This document shows, one piece after another, positions 19,147-30,681 of a DNA stretch of 64,000 bases. Under the pieces are notes generated by a model. It was not told the origin of the DNA. It saw only the letters and a program-made list of their open reading frames with translations, and ran no database searches. A program made the translations under genes and the position numbers. The DNA is from an uncultured Verrucomicrobiae bacterium (GTDB lineage: Bacteria > Verrucomicrobiota > Verrucomicrobiia > Palsa-1439): NCBI GenBank assembly GCA_963812605.1, contig CAWEWF010000001.1, positions 384,001-448,000 on the forward strand. The letters run 5' to 3'. The stretch's first letter is position 1, and the number at the start of each line of letters is the position of its first letter.

Positions 19147-20211
19147 ATGGCCAAACTCGGCATCTGCATCGCGGGACTCGACGGGGCGGTCGCCAGCACG
19201 ATGGTGGCGGGCGTGGCCTTGATGCGACGCGGTCGCGCGGAACCCTTGGCGATGATTGCGGAGCGGTTCGTGCGCTCGCATAAGCTGGCGACGTTTGATG
19301 AGATCGTCTTCGGTGGTTGGGACCGCCGCGGCGAGAACCTGTTTGAGGCGGCGGTGCGGAACCGGGTGGTGGAGTTGGCGCGCTTGCAGCCCGTTGCGAA
19401 GGAACTGGCGGCCTTGAAACCCTGGCCGGCAGTGACCGCGCGGGCGGTTGCGGCCGGCCGCGACATCGAGCGCTTCCGCCGCAAGCACAAGGTCGATACT
19501 GTTGTCATCCTGAATCTTTTACCGACTGCCGCGCCGGGCGACTCGCAGGTGTACGCGCGCGCGGCGCTGGAGACCGGGTCGCCGTTCATTAATTTTACGC
19601 CCAACGACTCTGGGGAGGACGGCCTTGCCAACATTCCCTTCTGTGGTCGTGACGGCAAGACGGGGCAGACGTGGTTCAAGTCGGTGCTCGCGCCAGCATT
19701 GCGCGCACGGGAATTGCGGGTGACGGGCTGGTTTTCCACGAACCTGCTCGGGAATGAGGACGGGCGGACCGTTGGCGATCCCGTGAAGGGGAAAGCGAAG
19801 ATCCGTGACAAGTCACGGTTGCTTGGCGAGATGCTGGGGTACGAGCCGCATCATCACGTCGAGATCCATTATTATCCACCGCGCGGCGACAACAAGGAAA
19901 GCTGGGACAATATCGACTTCGAAGGTTTCCTCGGTTCGCCGATGCAGCTCAAGGTGAACGCGCTTTTTCGCGACTCCATTCTCGCCGCGCCGATGTGCCT
20001 GGATTTGGCGCGCTTCATGGAACTGGCGCAGCGCCGTCGCGAGCGCGGCCCGCAGGAATGGCTCAGCCTCTATTTCAAGTCGCCGTACGCGCGTTCCGTC
20101 AAGTCGCCGCCGCCGCACGATTTCCATAAGCAGGAACGGAGGCTCGTGGACTACCTGGCCGGCATCAACTTGCAAAGAATGCCGACGAGTGGTCGTATCA
20201 GGGCGAGATGA
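19147..20211 (+). CDS. ino1: Myo-inositol-1-phosphate synthase
   Basis: GRDGKTGQT, WFSTNLLGNEDG, YYPPRGDNKESWD, RDSILAAPMCLDL. Confidence 0.92.
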   Translation: MAKLGICIAGLDGAVASTMVAGVALMRRGRAEPLAMIAERFVRSHKLATFDEIVFGGWDRRGENLFEAAVRNRVVELARLQPVAKELAALKPWPAVTARAVAAGRDIERFRRKHKVDTVVILNLLPTAAPGDSQVYARAALETGSPFINFTPNDSGEDGLANIPFCGRDGKTGQTWFKSVLAPALRARELRVTGWFSTNLLGNEDGRTVGDPVKGKAKIRDKSRLLGEMLGYEPHHHVEIHYYPPRGDNKESWDNIDFEGFLGSPMQLKVNALFRDSILAAPMCLDLARFMELAQRRRERGPQEWLSLYFKSPYARSVKSPPPHDFHKQERRLVDYLAGINLQRMPTSGRIRAR

Positions 20212-20264
20212 ATGAGTTGCGGTGGGACTGAGTGAGAAAGACTTTTGACGGGTCGACACGGACG

Positions 20265-20290
20265 CGGCTCGCCGGGAGGCTCGCCCTCCA
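20265..20290. repeat. REP-like element between convergent genes
   Basis: cggctcgccgggaggctcgccctcca. Confidence 0.5.
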
Positions 20291-20304
20291 AACGGCTAAT
20301 TGGA

Positions 20305-22062
20305 TTAGCGCTTATTAAGCGCCTTCTCCACGTCTTTGAGAGGGAGGCAATTAATGACGTCGGATTTGGTCAGCCAGCCTTTGCGGGCGATGCCGACGCC
20401 GACGGCGAGGAACTGGAGGTCGGGGATATTATGGGCGTCAGGGTTGATGGCGCATTTGACGCCGAGTTCCTTGGCGTGTTTCCAGAGGCGCCAATCCATG
20501 TCGAGACGGTAGGGGTGAGCATTGATCTCAATGACCTTGCTGTGCTTGGCGGCGGCGGCGATGACCTCGGGCATGTTGACAGCGTAGCCTTCGCGTTCCA
20601 ACAACAAACGGCCTGTGGGATGACCGAGCATCGTGACCAGCGGGTGCGCGAGCGCCTTGCAGATGCGCTTCGTCATCTTCCCGGCGTCCATGGTGAAGCC
20701 CTGATGAACGCTCGCGACGACGTAATCAAAGAGCGCGAGCGTCTTATCGTCGAAATCGAGCGAGCCATCGGCCAGAATGTCGCACTCGGTGCCGAAGAAG
20801 ATGCGGAAACCTTCCTTGGCGAACTTGACGTTCAATTTTGTGATCTCCGCTGCTTGCAGGCGGACGCGTTTCTCGTCGAGACCGTTGGCCTGATACTCGG
20901 ATTTACTGTGGTCGGCGATGCCGAGATATTCCAAACCCAAATCCAGCGCCGCCCGTGCCATGGCCTCCACCGTCTCGATGCCATCGCTCCAGGTCGAATG
21001 ACAATGGAAAGTGCCGCGAAGGTTTTCCAGCACGATCAATTTTGGCAGAGTCCCTTTCTCCGCGGCTTCGATTTCGCCCATGTCTTCGCGCAATTCGGGC
21101 TCGACGTAATCGAGTCCAAGCGCCTTGTAGAAGTCCTCCTCGGTTTTGCACTTGATGGAACTACCCAATTCCTTCGCGCTCTTTTCTTTCTCGGCGGCGG
21201 GTGAGAAGCCGTATTCATTGAGCGAAAGATTCTTCAACTTCAACGCCCGCGCGCGAAGCGCGATGTTGTGCTCCTTGCTGCCGGTAAAATAGTTGAGCGC
21301 GAAGGCATACTGGTCGTCGGTGACGACGCGCAGGTCGGCCTGGATACCGCCCTTCAAGATCACGCTGGCCTTCGTCTCCCCCTTGGCGCTAACACTGAGG
21401 ACGCCGGGGATCTCGACGAAGTCCTCAATGATTGCCGCGGCGTCCTTCGGTTTGGCGCTGACGAGAAAGTCGATGTCGCCGATGGTTTCACGGCAGCGAC
21501 GCAAGCTGCCCCCGATGCTGCAACGAATCACGCCCGCGTGCGATCGCAATGCCTCAAGAATGGGCTTGGCGGCGGCATAGGCCTTGTCATAAAGATGACG
21601 GCCGCTGAACTGCCGCACGAGCGCGATGCCTTCGAGGATTTTCTGCTGCGATTTTTCGCCGAAACCAGCCAGTGCGGCGATCTTGCCCGCTTTGCAGGCG
21701 GCTTCCAGTTTCTCGACGGAATCGATCTTGAGTTTGTCGTACAGAATCTTTGCCCGTTTCGGGCCAAACCCGGGGATCTTTAGCATTTCCAGCAGACCTT
21801 GCGGCATTGAAGACTTCAACTCTTCGTGAAAGCCCAGTTTGTTTGTCGTGTACAATTCGGTGATCTTGGCCGCGAGGTCCTTGCCGATGCCCTTGATGTC
21901 CGTCAGGCGCTCTTCCTTGATGAGCGTACCGAGGTCCTCCGATAGACCGTCCACCATGCGCGCGGCGTTGTAATAGGCGCGCACGCGGAATGGGTTGTCC
22001 CCTTTCAACTCCAGCAGCCCCCCAATCTCCTCAAAAACTTCGGCGATTTCCTTTTTATTCAT
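20305..22062 (-). CDS. polX: DNA polymerase X with PHP domain
   Basis: NPFRVRAY, GSLRRCRETIGDIDFLV, YFTGSKEHN, PHP motif HCHSTWSDG, NPDAH. Confidence 0.95.
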   Translation of the reverse strand: MNKKEIAEVFEEIGGLLELKGDNPFRVRAYYNAARMVDGLSEDLGTLIKEERLTDIKGIGKDLAAKITELYTTNKLGFHEELKSSMPQGLLEMLKIPGFGPKRAKILYDKLKIDSVEKLEAACKAGKIAALAGFGEKSQQKILEGIALVRQFSGRHLYDKAYAAAKPILEALRSHAGVIRCSIGGSLRRCRETIGDIDFLVSAKPKDAAAIIEDFVEIPGVLSVSAKGETKASVILKGGIQADLRVVTDDQYAFALNYFTGSKEHNIALRARALKLKNLSLNEYGFSPAAEKEKSAKELGSSIKCKTEEDFYKALGLDYVEPELREDMGEIEAAEKGTLPKLIVLENLRGTFHCHSTWSDGIETVEAMARAALDLGLEYLGIADHSKSEYQANGLDEKRVRLQAAEITKLNVKFAKEGFRIFFGTECDILADGSLDFDDKTLALFDYVVASVHQGFTMDAGKMTKRICKALAHPLVTMLGHPTGRLLLEREGYAVNMPEVIAAAAKHSKVIEINAHPYRLDMDWRLWKHAKELGVKCAINPDAHNIPDLQFLAVGVGIARKGWLTKSDVINCLPLKDVEKALNKR

Positions 22063-22072
22063 GCCAAATCCT

Positions 22073-22534
22073 TCATGAATTCGAATGCGTGGGTGATTTC
22101 ACCTGCAACGTCGAGTTCACTTCGCGCACTCCGTCGGTTTCCAGGGCAATCAACATGGCCCTTCCAATTTGGTCGTGGGAAGCGACATTACCGGCCAAAG
22201 TGACACGGCCATCCGTGGTGTTGACGGAGATGCCGAAGATGGAGAGGTCACGTTCCAGCGCATACTTGGCCTTGATCTTCGTGGTAATCGCGGTATCCGA
22301 AGAGGCGCTGGCCACGGCGGCGCCGAATTCGGTGGCTTGGCGGCGCAAGACCTTTCCCGTGTGTCCAAGTTCGTCCTGGATGTCGTCACCCCGAAGATGC
22401 CAGGCGGCCAGCCTGGCATCGAGAACATCCCACGCATGCGCCACGCGAGGGTCGTTTCTCGCAACGATGAAGTACCAGCCGGTTGTCGCCATCAGAAATG
22501 CGCCGACCAGAAGTCCGGTGAAGAAGTTTTTCAT
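22073..22534 (-). CDS. BON-domain protein
   Basis: N-terminal TM; DTAITTKIKAK...ISVNTTDGRVTLAG...GVREVNSTL. Confidence 0.85.
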   Translation of the reverse strand: MKNFFTGLLVGAFLMATTGWYFIVARNDPRVAHAWDVLDARLAAWHLRGDDIQDELGHTGKVLRRQATEFGAAVASASSDTAITTKIKAKYALERDLSIFGISVNTTDGRVTLAGNVASHDQIGRAMLIALETDGVREVNSTLQVKSPTHSNS

Positions 22535-22605
22535 GTCGTTTTCCGGCAAACATCTTATCGCCGAAACCTTGCCGAGGCAATCCAGCGAAAACAGGCGTAC
22601 CGTCG

Positions 22606-25600
22606 TCAGGGCGAGGGTTCCACGGCGACGAATCCGGTCTGGTCCGGGCCCAGGAAGAAACCGGCGCCATCGTTTTGTTTTTGGAGGAGCGCACCCCGAA
22701 ACACTGTCGGCTTGGCTGTGGCGGGGTCGACGAAGCTTCCCGAGAACAATCCCGTCTTCGCAGTGATGGTCAACTTGAACCCGTCGGCAACGCACGGTGT
22801 GACCTTATTGTTGGTGTTCAGCGTCACGGAATTACTGACGAACGAAGCCAGGTCTCCCGCGCCGGACGTAACGAGGAGGTTACAGGTTGCATCCGAGACA
22901 TTCAACGCGGCAGCACCCGGCGGTGGTGCGGCGTACACCGAACCCAGAAGCGTGATCTGTGTCTTAAACCCGTTGGGAAAAAGTTTGGCGCCCGCGATTG
23001 CCCGGCTTGAACCAGGTCAGCGTGCCGCCGAGGTCGCTGACACCAACGATGTTGGTGAAAGTCACGAAGCCCTCGATGGAACCCTGTTTTACGTACAAGG
23101 GAATGTAGACGGGCCACATCCCATTCTCGGAGACCGTCGCCGTTTGCGAAATCCGCGTACCATCACCCAACGTGGCGGAAAGTCGAATCTTGCCGCCAGC
23201 ATCCACCTTGAGGCTCCCGTAACCATTCCCTTGCGGGAAAGACGGGCCGGTATCACCTGGATTTGGCGGCAGCACAATGGTGTAATTCCCCGCGTATTGC
23301 GGGGCTGGATTGGTCTTGATATTGAACGGGGAAAGATTGGCGGTCACCGCGGATGTGGTCGTTCCGTCCGATACAGTGCCAGTAATCCGGTCGGTCCCGT
23401 TCGTGAGATCGATCTGGAGCATCACGGTCAGTGAACTTGCCCCGGTGCGGTTGATCACAGAACTGGAATCGCCATTGTTGTCAAAAACACCGGCGAACGA
23501 TTGGGCAACTCCACCCAGGGTGAATTTGGAGGAGAACGTGCCGTCACTATTCGCCGTGATGCTGATTGTGCCGGAGTTTGCCTGCGAGAAGGGGTTCGCC
23601 TGAATCAGCCCTTGATAAGCGCCAGCCACCGCTCCGAAGTTCGCCAGAGTGGCATTCGTCCCGTTATAGATGATGAGGGCAAAATCCTGGTCGGGCGAGG
23701 CTGGATCGCCAGATACGGCGCCCGAGTTGATATTGGCGGCGGTAGTCGTAACCGTGAAGCCGCCGATTGTGCCCGCTGGCAGAAAGACACTTTCGACATT
23801 GTTGCGGTGATCCGCCACACCTCCCGTAACGGAAGTCGCGCCATGGAATACATTCCCTTTGTAGGTCGCACCCGCAATCGTCACGGTCAGGTCGAGATCG
23901 TTGTTGAGGGCAAGGCCCCCCGTCGTGCTGCCAGGCGCGTCCGTCCATGCCAGCGTCACCCGGAATGGTTTGGAGGGATCAGTGATTACCCCGGTGATTG
24001 TGCGCGCCTGGCCGGAAGCGGTGAACTTATCGGCGGTGAGTTCGTCCCGCAGGATGCGCTGCGCGCCGTCGAAGGCGGTTCCGAGATCCAAGGCGCCCAT
24101 CCCCTGGCTGTTCGAGAAAAGATTGTCGTTGGCGCCCGAGCCGGTGACGTAGCGGGCGGAATTCATCAGGTATGCCTTGGTCATGGCAGGGCTGGGTGGG
24201 GGGAGTGATTGGTTGATAAAGTATTGACGCAACAAAGCGCAGGCGCCCGCCACCGCGGGCGCGGAATGGCTTGTCCCCGAGGACTCGGTGAAGAATTGCT
24301 GGCCGACTGGGAAAAAGTTGCTGGCGCTGATAAAACCACTGCCCGGCAGCCCGCAGACGCCGAGCTGGGTCGGGTCGAATTCCGTGCCGAAATTAAAAAA
24401 GCAGTCCAAGGCCAGGCCGGTGCCACTGGGCGATGGCGGCGGGGAACCTTGAGGCGCGCCGCCGGTAATGTGCGAGGAAGGCGCGACGATATCCGGCTTG
24501 ACCCGGCCATCCGCACACGGTCCGCGGCCGGAGAAACTGGCGATATCGTTCGCGCTGTTGGCATCCGTATCGAAGGTGGAACAACCGTCGTCGCCCGCCG
24601 TGTTATTGCCCCCGTTGGCGGTGGACATCGAGCGGACATTTTCGATGCCCCCAACGGCAATGATGTTTTTCGCGGTGGCCGGGGCAGTTATGGTTTGCGA
24701 GCCAGGGCCCCCATCACCATCCGAGAACACAAAAACCATTTCCTGGTTGCCGCCAACCGCTGGCTCCGCATCACGCACCAGCGCATCGTAGGCTTGCGAG
24801 TCGGAATTATACGAATCATCGTCCTCTCCCCAACTGTTATTACTGATGCGGGCGCCATCGTGGTAGGCCTGGGACGCCAACGTTGGAAAGTCCGGATTCG
24901 TAAAATTGATCGGATCGAAAATCACCGAAGACCCAACCCGGACGAATGGACAGACACCGAGGTCGTAATAATAGCCGGCGGCATCCGTGTGGGGAAAGCC
25001 GGCGGCTGATTGTCATAGCCGCAGACAATATGAGCGTTGAGATTCCCATGGCCATCACAGCCCTCGAGGGTGCTGCCCGGATTGTTGGGTGTGCCCGCCA
25101 GGCGGTTGTAGATAACGCGGCTGGCGTTGCCGGTGTCACCGAGTTCGTAGAGGGCAAAATGCCCCGGGGTGATGGTGCCATTATCGATGCCGCTGTCGCT
25201 GATGTCCACGGCGAATCCCGAAGCGGTAAATTGGGCCTGCGTGAATCCTTTGCTCGCCAACCACGCCAGATAACCCGGTGCGGTGGGCGCATCCCCCGTC
25301 AGATTGCCGGCGACGATCTGGTCCTGACGCTCGTCCTGTTTCCTTGGCGCATGGTGGGGCTGAATGGAAACCACATCCGGCTGAGCGGCGATCAAGTTCA
25401 AGTCTTGTATGCGGAGCCGCACCAGCACATTCACATACTGTAGTAAATTGTACTGGCGGTGGATCGGTTCCAGCTTGAGCCGGTCGATCAGCGCCAGCGT
25501 GGCCGCGTTTGCGGCAGGATCCGCAACGAGTTGAATTGCGAATTCATCGGTTGTAAGTTGTTGCGAGTTGCCATTCGCGTCCACGAGCCGCGCTTTGGGA

Positions 25601-26196
25601 TGGATTCTGTAACTGTCCTGATACTCGCCGTCCCACTGCACATACGCCGTCGTTCCAGTGAAGCGCTGCAGCCTGGCCAGGGACGGGGCATCTCCATACA
25701 CCAGGTAGGTATTCTCCGGGAGGTAATCGATAATTTGCGCGCCCGTTTTCTTCAACGCTTCATGCCAGGCTTTTTGCACGGGGCCAATGAACTGAACCAG
25801 GTGCAGGCGTTTGCCGCTGAATGCCCCGACCGGCTGACGAAGCGACTTCCCGGCCGTGGTTGAGGTGTCGATTAGCGCCGCATTGAGGAGAATTCCATTG
25901 CTGTCGTCACGAACTTCCGCGTGATCCGATTGCAACACTTCGGGCCGAACGTGATCCACCTCGTAGAGTTGAAAACTCCCGTAATCCGCCAGGAGTTGGC
26001 CGCCATCTTCCACAATCAACTTCGCGATCGAAGGGTCCCAGACCTTGATTTTGTGAGCTTCCGCCGGGCGGGCGGCAACCAGGAATGCACAAAGGAAAAA
26101 AACCGCCAGAAGAGGGAATGAACATGGCCCTCTCCCGCATCGTGGCGGACCCAATTGCATAACATAAGGCGGTGTCAGCACCGCAATTTTCCCCAC
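22606..26196 (-). CDS. Large secreted S8 subtilisin-like peptidase (KP-43-like) with C-terminal beta domains; frameshifts near 24950 and 22980
   Basis: Catalytic D (DISDSGID), H (DGHGNLNAH), S (SGTSHSAPAVAG); SNNSWG, RVKPDIVAP, LAWTDAPG, NDLDL. Confidence 0.9.
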
Positions 26197-26270
26197 TCTT
26201 TGCAGACTTGACTGCGATGCTGTTTATCTAGCACAGAAGGAACAAACTGTCCATCGTTGGTGACCGCCGC

Positions 26271-26915
26271 TCAGTAATCGGGATATTTGCAGTCAAGGAG
26301 TTGTGGGCGGAATCGTTTGTAGGCGGAGACAGATTCGCGAATGACCGTGTGCGCGTCAATGCGTCCGCGGAAATCCTCGACCACCACGTGGCCGGTTTTT
26401 TCCAGTTCCTTGTAGATTTCGAAGAAGTGACGGATTTCGCGCAGCGTGTGTGGCGGCAATTGCGAGATGTCGGTATAGCTGGAGTAAATCGGGTCGTTGG
26501 TATGGACGGCAATGATCTTGATGTCCTCCGCCCCCGAGTCGTTCATGGGCAGCATGCCAATGGGCCGGGCCTTCATCACGCAGCCGGGAATGACCGGCTC
26601 CTGCGACAGCACCAGAACATCCAGCGGATCGTGGTCGCGGCAGTAGGTCTGCGGAATGAAACCATAATTGCTGGGATAATGGACGGCGCTGTGCAGCGTA
26701 CGGCTGATGTGGAGAATGCCGTTGCGCTTGTCGAGTTCGTATTTGATCTTGCTGCGCATCGGGCATTCGATAAACGCGTTGCAATCATCGGGCACCTTGT
26801 CGCCCGGGGACAGGACATGAAAGGGGTTGTACCACGCCGGCTGCAACGCCGTGCCCGAAAGCGCGGCGGGTTTTGCCTTTGAAATCTTCTTCGATTTTGC
26901 AGTTTTACGAGCCAT
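26271..26915 (-). CDS. ppa: Inorganic pyrophosphatase (family I)
   Basis: KYELDK, YPSNYGFIPQT, DHDPLDVLV, FFEIYKELE. Confidence 0.93.
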   Translation of the reverse strand: MARKTAKSKKISKAKPAALSGTALQPAWYNPFHVLSPGDKVPDDCNAFIECPMRSKIKYELDKRNGILHISRTLHSAVHYPSNYGFIPQTYCRDHDPLDVLVLSQEPVIPGCVMKARPIGMLPMNDSGAEDIKIIAVHTNDPIYSSYTDISQLPPHTLREIRHFFEIYKELEKTGHVVVEDFRGRIDAHTVIRESVSAYKRFRPQLLDCKYPDY

Positions 26916-26971
26916 CTTCGCGGGACTCTAATGGACGGGCCTGCCGCACGCAACGTCAAAGGACAAGGAAA

Positions 26972-27463
26972 CTAACGGTCGGCGATCTCGCGCAATTGTT
27001 TCTGGCGCATCAACCAGCGAAGTTGGCCGGCGCCGGCGCGCAGTTGCTCCAATTCGACGCAGGCGACGCTGGCTTTGCCCAGCGGAAAGGCTTCCGGGCT
27101 TTCCGCGCCGATGAGCGCCGCCAGATGTTCGGACAATGACGGCATATGGCCGACCAACAGGATCTCATTGGCGGAGGCAAAGGGTTTCAAGGTTTTGAGA
27201 AACGCGGCGATGGTCGTGTTGTTCGCGAGTTCCTTCAGAAACTCCACGTCACCCGGGAACTTCAGCACCTGCGCGGTGATCTCCGCCGTTTGGCGGGCGC
27301 GCAGCAAGGGGCTGCTCAGGACGTGGGAAAGCCCAACCCCCAGTTCCGCAAGAGCGGCGCCGACAATCCGCGCTTCCTCCCGCCCCTCTCGTGTCAGTTC
27401 CCGCTCCGCATCACTTGGCGCAACATCGACGGCGGTAGCATGACGCAACAAGTAGAGCTTCAT
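26972..27463 (-). CDS. sixA: Phosphohistidine phosphatase SixA
   Basis: LYLLRHA, DAERELT, SSPLLRARQTA, LLVGHMP. Confidence 0.9.
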   Translation of the reverse strand: MKLYLLRHATAVDVAPSDAERELTREGREEARIVGAALAELGVGLSHVLSSPLLRARQTAEITAQVLKFPGDVEFLKELANNTTIAAFLKTLKPFASANEILLVGHMPSLSEHLAALIGAESPEAFPLGKASVACVELEQLRAGAGQLRWLMRQKQLREIADR

Positions 27464-28839
27464 CAGCCCAGGTGTTCACGCGGGTCGGTGATATGCCCGG
27501 TGAGGGCGCTGGCGGCCACGGTGTAGGGCGACGCGAGGAACACCTGCGATTCGAGGTGGCCCATTCTGCCGGGAAAATTACGGTTGGTTGCGCTGATGCA
27601 CTTCATCGGTTTGTTCAACCGGCCAAAGGTGTCGGTCGGTCCGCCGAGGCAGGCAGCGCAACTGGCGTTCTCGGTCATTTGCACTCCGGCTTCTTCGAGA
27701 ACCTGCCACACCGTCCGGGCGTTCATCTTCATGGCCTGCAACTCGCGCACGACGTCGGGCGTTGCGGGCACGCCGAAGGTATCGATCTTGACCTTGTGCC
27801 CGTTGATCACCTCGGCGAATGCGAGGAAGTCACTGGTTTTGCCGCCGGTGCAGGAACCGATGTAGGCGCGGTCGAGTTGAACCGCGCTCATGTCGCGGGC
27901 GAGCTTGCGGTTGCCTGGATTGGGATGACACGCGACCGTGGGCTCGAGTTTCGAAAGATCGAATTTCTTATCGTAAACGAATTTCTGCTGGTCGTCGGCA
28001 TCGCAAAAGAGCGGCTCGTATTTTGTCTTGGTGCCATTGCTCCTGGTGCGCGCGTCAACGTACGCGAACGTCGTTTCGTCCGGCTCGAAAATACCGTTCT
28101 TGCCGCCGGCTTCGATGGCCATGTTGGCGATGGTCATGCGGTCGTCCATGTTGAGAGCCTTCGCGCCGGGTCCCTGGAACTGCATCGCCCGATACGTCGC
28201 GCCGTCGAAACCGATGTCGCCGATGCATTCGAGGATGACGTCCTTGGCCATCACGCCTTTCGGCAGCGTGCCCTCGAGCCAGAACCGCATCGTCTCCGGC
28301 ACCTTGAGGAGCAACTTGCCCGTACCGAAGACAAAACCCGCGTCGGTGTTACCGATGCCCGTGGCAAATTCCCCGAACGCGCCCGCCATGCAGGTATGCG
28401 AGTCTGTTCCGAGCAGGATTTCGCCGGGTCGCGTGTGGCCCTTCGCGGGCAGGGCCGTGTGGCAAACGCCCGCGAAATTGCTGCCGTACTGGCGTTTGAG
28501 TTGGCCCTCGCTCGCATCGAATGCCCAGTGGCCGTCCGGGTCATCGATCACGTCGTAGAAATACTTCAGCCCCTGTTCCCGCACGAAGTCACGCAAGATG
28601 TCCACGTTGCGGTTCGATTTTGAATCCGCGGTGAAAATGTAGTGGTCGGGGATGATGACAATTTTCTCGCGATCCCACACTTTGGCGTTCGCGCCGAACT
28701 CGCGCTTGAACACGCCGATGGTGCCCGGCCCGCACACATCATGGGTCATGAGAACGTCCACGTTTACCCAGACGTTGTCGCCGGGTTGCACCGATTTCTT
28801 GCCCGAGGCGCGGGCCATGATCTTTTCTGTAAGTGTCAT
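27463..28839 (-). CDS. leuC: 3-isopropylmalate dehydratase/homoaconitase large subunit
   Basis: MTLTEKI, HDVCGPGT, GTDSHT, YIGSCTGG, CAACLG, TNRNFPGRMG. Confidence 0.88.
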   Translation of the reverse strand: MTLTEKIMARASGKKSVQPGDNVWVNVDVLMTHDVCGPGTIGVFKREFGANAKVWDREKIVIIPDHYIFTADSKSNRNVDILRDFVREQGLKYFYDVIDDPDGHWAFDASEGQLKRQYGSNFAGVCHTALPAKGHTRPGEILLGTDSHTCMAGAFGEFATGIGNTDAGFVFGTGKLLLKVPETMRFWLEGTLPKGVMAKDVILECIGDIGFDGATYRAMQFQGPGAKALNMDDRMTIANMAIEAGGKNGIFEPDETTFAYVDARTRSNGTKTKYEPLFCDADDQQKFVYDKKFDLSKLEPTVACHPNPGNRKLARDMSAVQLDRAYIGSCTGGKTSDFLAFAEVINGHKVKIDTFGVPATPDVVRELQAMKMNARTVWQVLEEAGVQMTENASCAACLGGPTDTFGRLNKPMKCISATNRNFPGRMGHLESQVFLASPYTVAASALTGHITDPREHLG

Positions 28840-28913
28840 AGTATGCCAACTTCGAAGCCCCACAGGATACACGAGCAATTGTGTCCGCGCAACATCCGCG
28901 CTACACTTCAAGC

Positions 28914-29573
28914 ATGTTGGAAACCTGGGATTTTCTCTGTTCCCCGCCCGGCGGCGCGGCCTTCAACATGGCGCTGGACGAATCATTGTTGCGCACGGCG
29001 GTAAAACGCGGGCGCCCGTTGCTGCGGGTTTATTCGTGGGAGAAGCCGGCGGTCACCTTTGGCTATTTCCAGAAATTCCCCACGCAACTTGCTGAGAATT
29101 ACGAGGTGGTGCGTCGTTCCACGGGCGGCGGTGTGGTGTATCATGTTGAGGACACAACCTACACGGTTATCGTTCCCCCCGGGCATTCGTTGCACGCCAT
29201 GAAGACCACGGACGCCTATTGTGCGTTGCACAAGGCCGTCGCCGCCGCGTTCGAGACGCGACCGCACCTGCACGAGGCCGAACTTCATTCACCGCAGGGC
29301 CAATACGAGTGTTTCCAGAAACCTATGCGCGGCGATGTCGTGACCAGTGGTCGCAAGTTGGCCGGCGGCGCCCAGCGCCGCACGAAGTCCGGTATGTTGC
29401 ATCAAGGGTCCATTGACGCGAAAGTTTCCGTTGAGCAACTCAAACAAGGTTTTCAAGAAGCATTGGGCATCGATTTCGAGGACTACGAACTCACGGAGTC
29501 AGAGCGGACGGTTGCGGAAAAACTTTCCAGCGAGAAGTACGCAACCGATACCTGGAATCGGTACTTACGCTAG
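28914..29573 (+). CDS. Lipoate-protein ligase A family (LipM-like) protein
   Basis: NMALDESL, VRRSTGGGVVYH, RKLAGGAQRR, LHQGSI; promoter TTGTGT-N17-TACACT-N6-ATG. Confidence 0.88.
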   Translation: MLETWDFLCSPPGGAAFNMALDESLLRTAVKRGRPLLRVYSWEKPAVTFGYFQKFPTQLAENYEVVRRSTGGGVVYHVEDTTYTVIVPPGHSLHAMKTTDAYCALHKAVAAAFETRPHLHEAELHSPQGQYECFQKPMRGDVVTSGRKLAGGAQRRTKSGMLHQGSIDAKVSVEQLKQGFQEALGIDFEDYELTESERTVAEKLSSEKYATDTWNRYLR

Positions 29574-29656
29574 AGTCATTTAGGTCGACCCGGGTTGCTC
29601 GATTTGGCCGGGTTTGGCTTGGAAGTCGGGGGATTTCAGAGTTTCCGCAACAAGCG

Positions 29657-30646
29657 CTATTTGAAAACCATAGCAAGGATGCCAGCCGAGACGCCCACCG
29701 CGGACAATAGCGCCAAGATAGACGCGCAGGCGCACGAGATGAGTATCAGCGCCAAAGGAATACTGTTCATACATATCGACAAGAGTGTCTTTGTTTCAAG
29801 CGCGAGAATGCATCCCGATAGAAGTGTGACATACCCGATGGCCAGAAGGTTTCCAATGGTTGCCAACCAGTAAATCATCCCTGCATGCGCGATCGGTGAC
29901 ATCCAAACAGCGATGAAGCCGAGAACCATCAAGCTTGCTGCCAAGGGGGTGCCAATAGTCACCAGTTTGTAGGTTCCATCGGTTGTCGTGGTTTTTCGTC
30001 TTCGAAGGGACTTCCAAATGACACAAACGGGGGAGAGCATCATGGCGAGGGCTATTGCGGCATTTATAAGGTCTTCAGACCACCATCTGCGCAAAAGCTT
30101 TTCGTCCATGTAATATCCGATATCGATCTGACTGCCATCGATTCGAACCCGACTCATCAATCGGCCCATCGTGTAGTGATCGACAAAAAAACGGTACTCG
30201 GCCAAACCGCCGCCATCGTAAAAGATGAACGAACCGTCCCACCTCGTACCGTCTTGCCACGTTCCTTCAGCCAAAACCTGTCCATTCCTGTCCCGCCAAG
30301 TGCTCCGGATGGGTTTTCCATCGAGATACTGCACTTCCTCAAACGTAGCTCCATCATTGTGGCGGGTCAGTTCCCGCCGTTTGCCATGGATGGCAAACCT
30401 GTTTCGAGGCTGCACAACACCCGTACATCCCTTGTAAATGTATTCGCTGAAATTCCATAATGGATCGCTGCGGAAACGAAGGAATTCAACGGGCGTATAG
30501 AGAAAATAAGCGAGCTTGCCAACGCCGAACACTTCCGCGACTGGAAGAATGAAACCGTAAGAAGCGAGGTACACGAAAAGCAGAGCGATCGCCAATCCTG
30601 CTGCGACCGTCCTTTTACCAGCTTCTCTCGGAGTCTGCAGCGCCAC
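29657..30646 (-). CDS. Hypothetical membrane protein with a MORN/YwqK-like central region (lower GC)
   Basis: N-terminal TM, EVQYLDGKP...NGQVLAEGTWQDG, four C-terminal TM segments. Confidence 0.55.
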   Translation of the reverse strand: MALQTPREAGKRTVAAGLAIALLFVYLASYGFILPVAEVFGVGKLAYFLYTPVEFLRFRSDPLWNFSEYIYKGCTGVVQPRNRFAIHGKRRELTRHNDGATFEEVQYLDGKPIRSTWRDRNGQVLAEGTWQDGTRWDGSFIFYDGGGLAEYRFFVDHYTMGRLMSRVRIDGSQIDIGYYMDEKLLRRWWSEDLINAAIALAMMLSPVCVIWKSLRRRKTTTTDGTYKLVTIGTPLAASLMVLGFIAVWMSPIAHAGMIYWLATIGNLLAIGYVTLLSGCILALETKTLLSICMNSIPLALILISCACASILALLSAVGVSAGILAMVFK

Positions 30647-30681
30647 GGCGGGCCTTTCAATTCTGATTCATGTAGTAGCGC

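Noticed and set aside
20305-22062. PolX as a catalytically altered variant
   Set aside because: The DxD (GDID), third Asp (ADLR) and PHP histidines are all present, so it is canonical.
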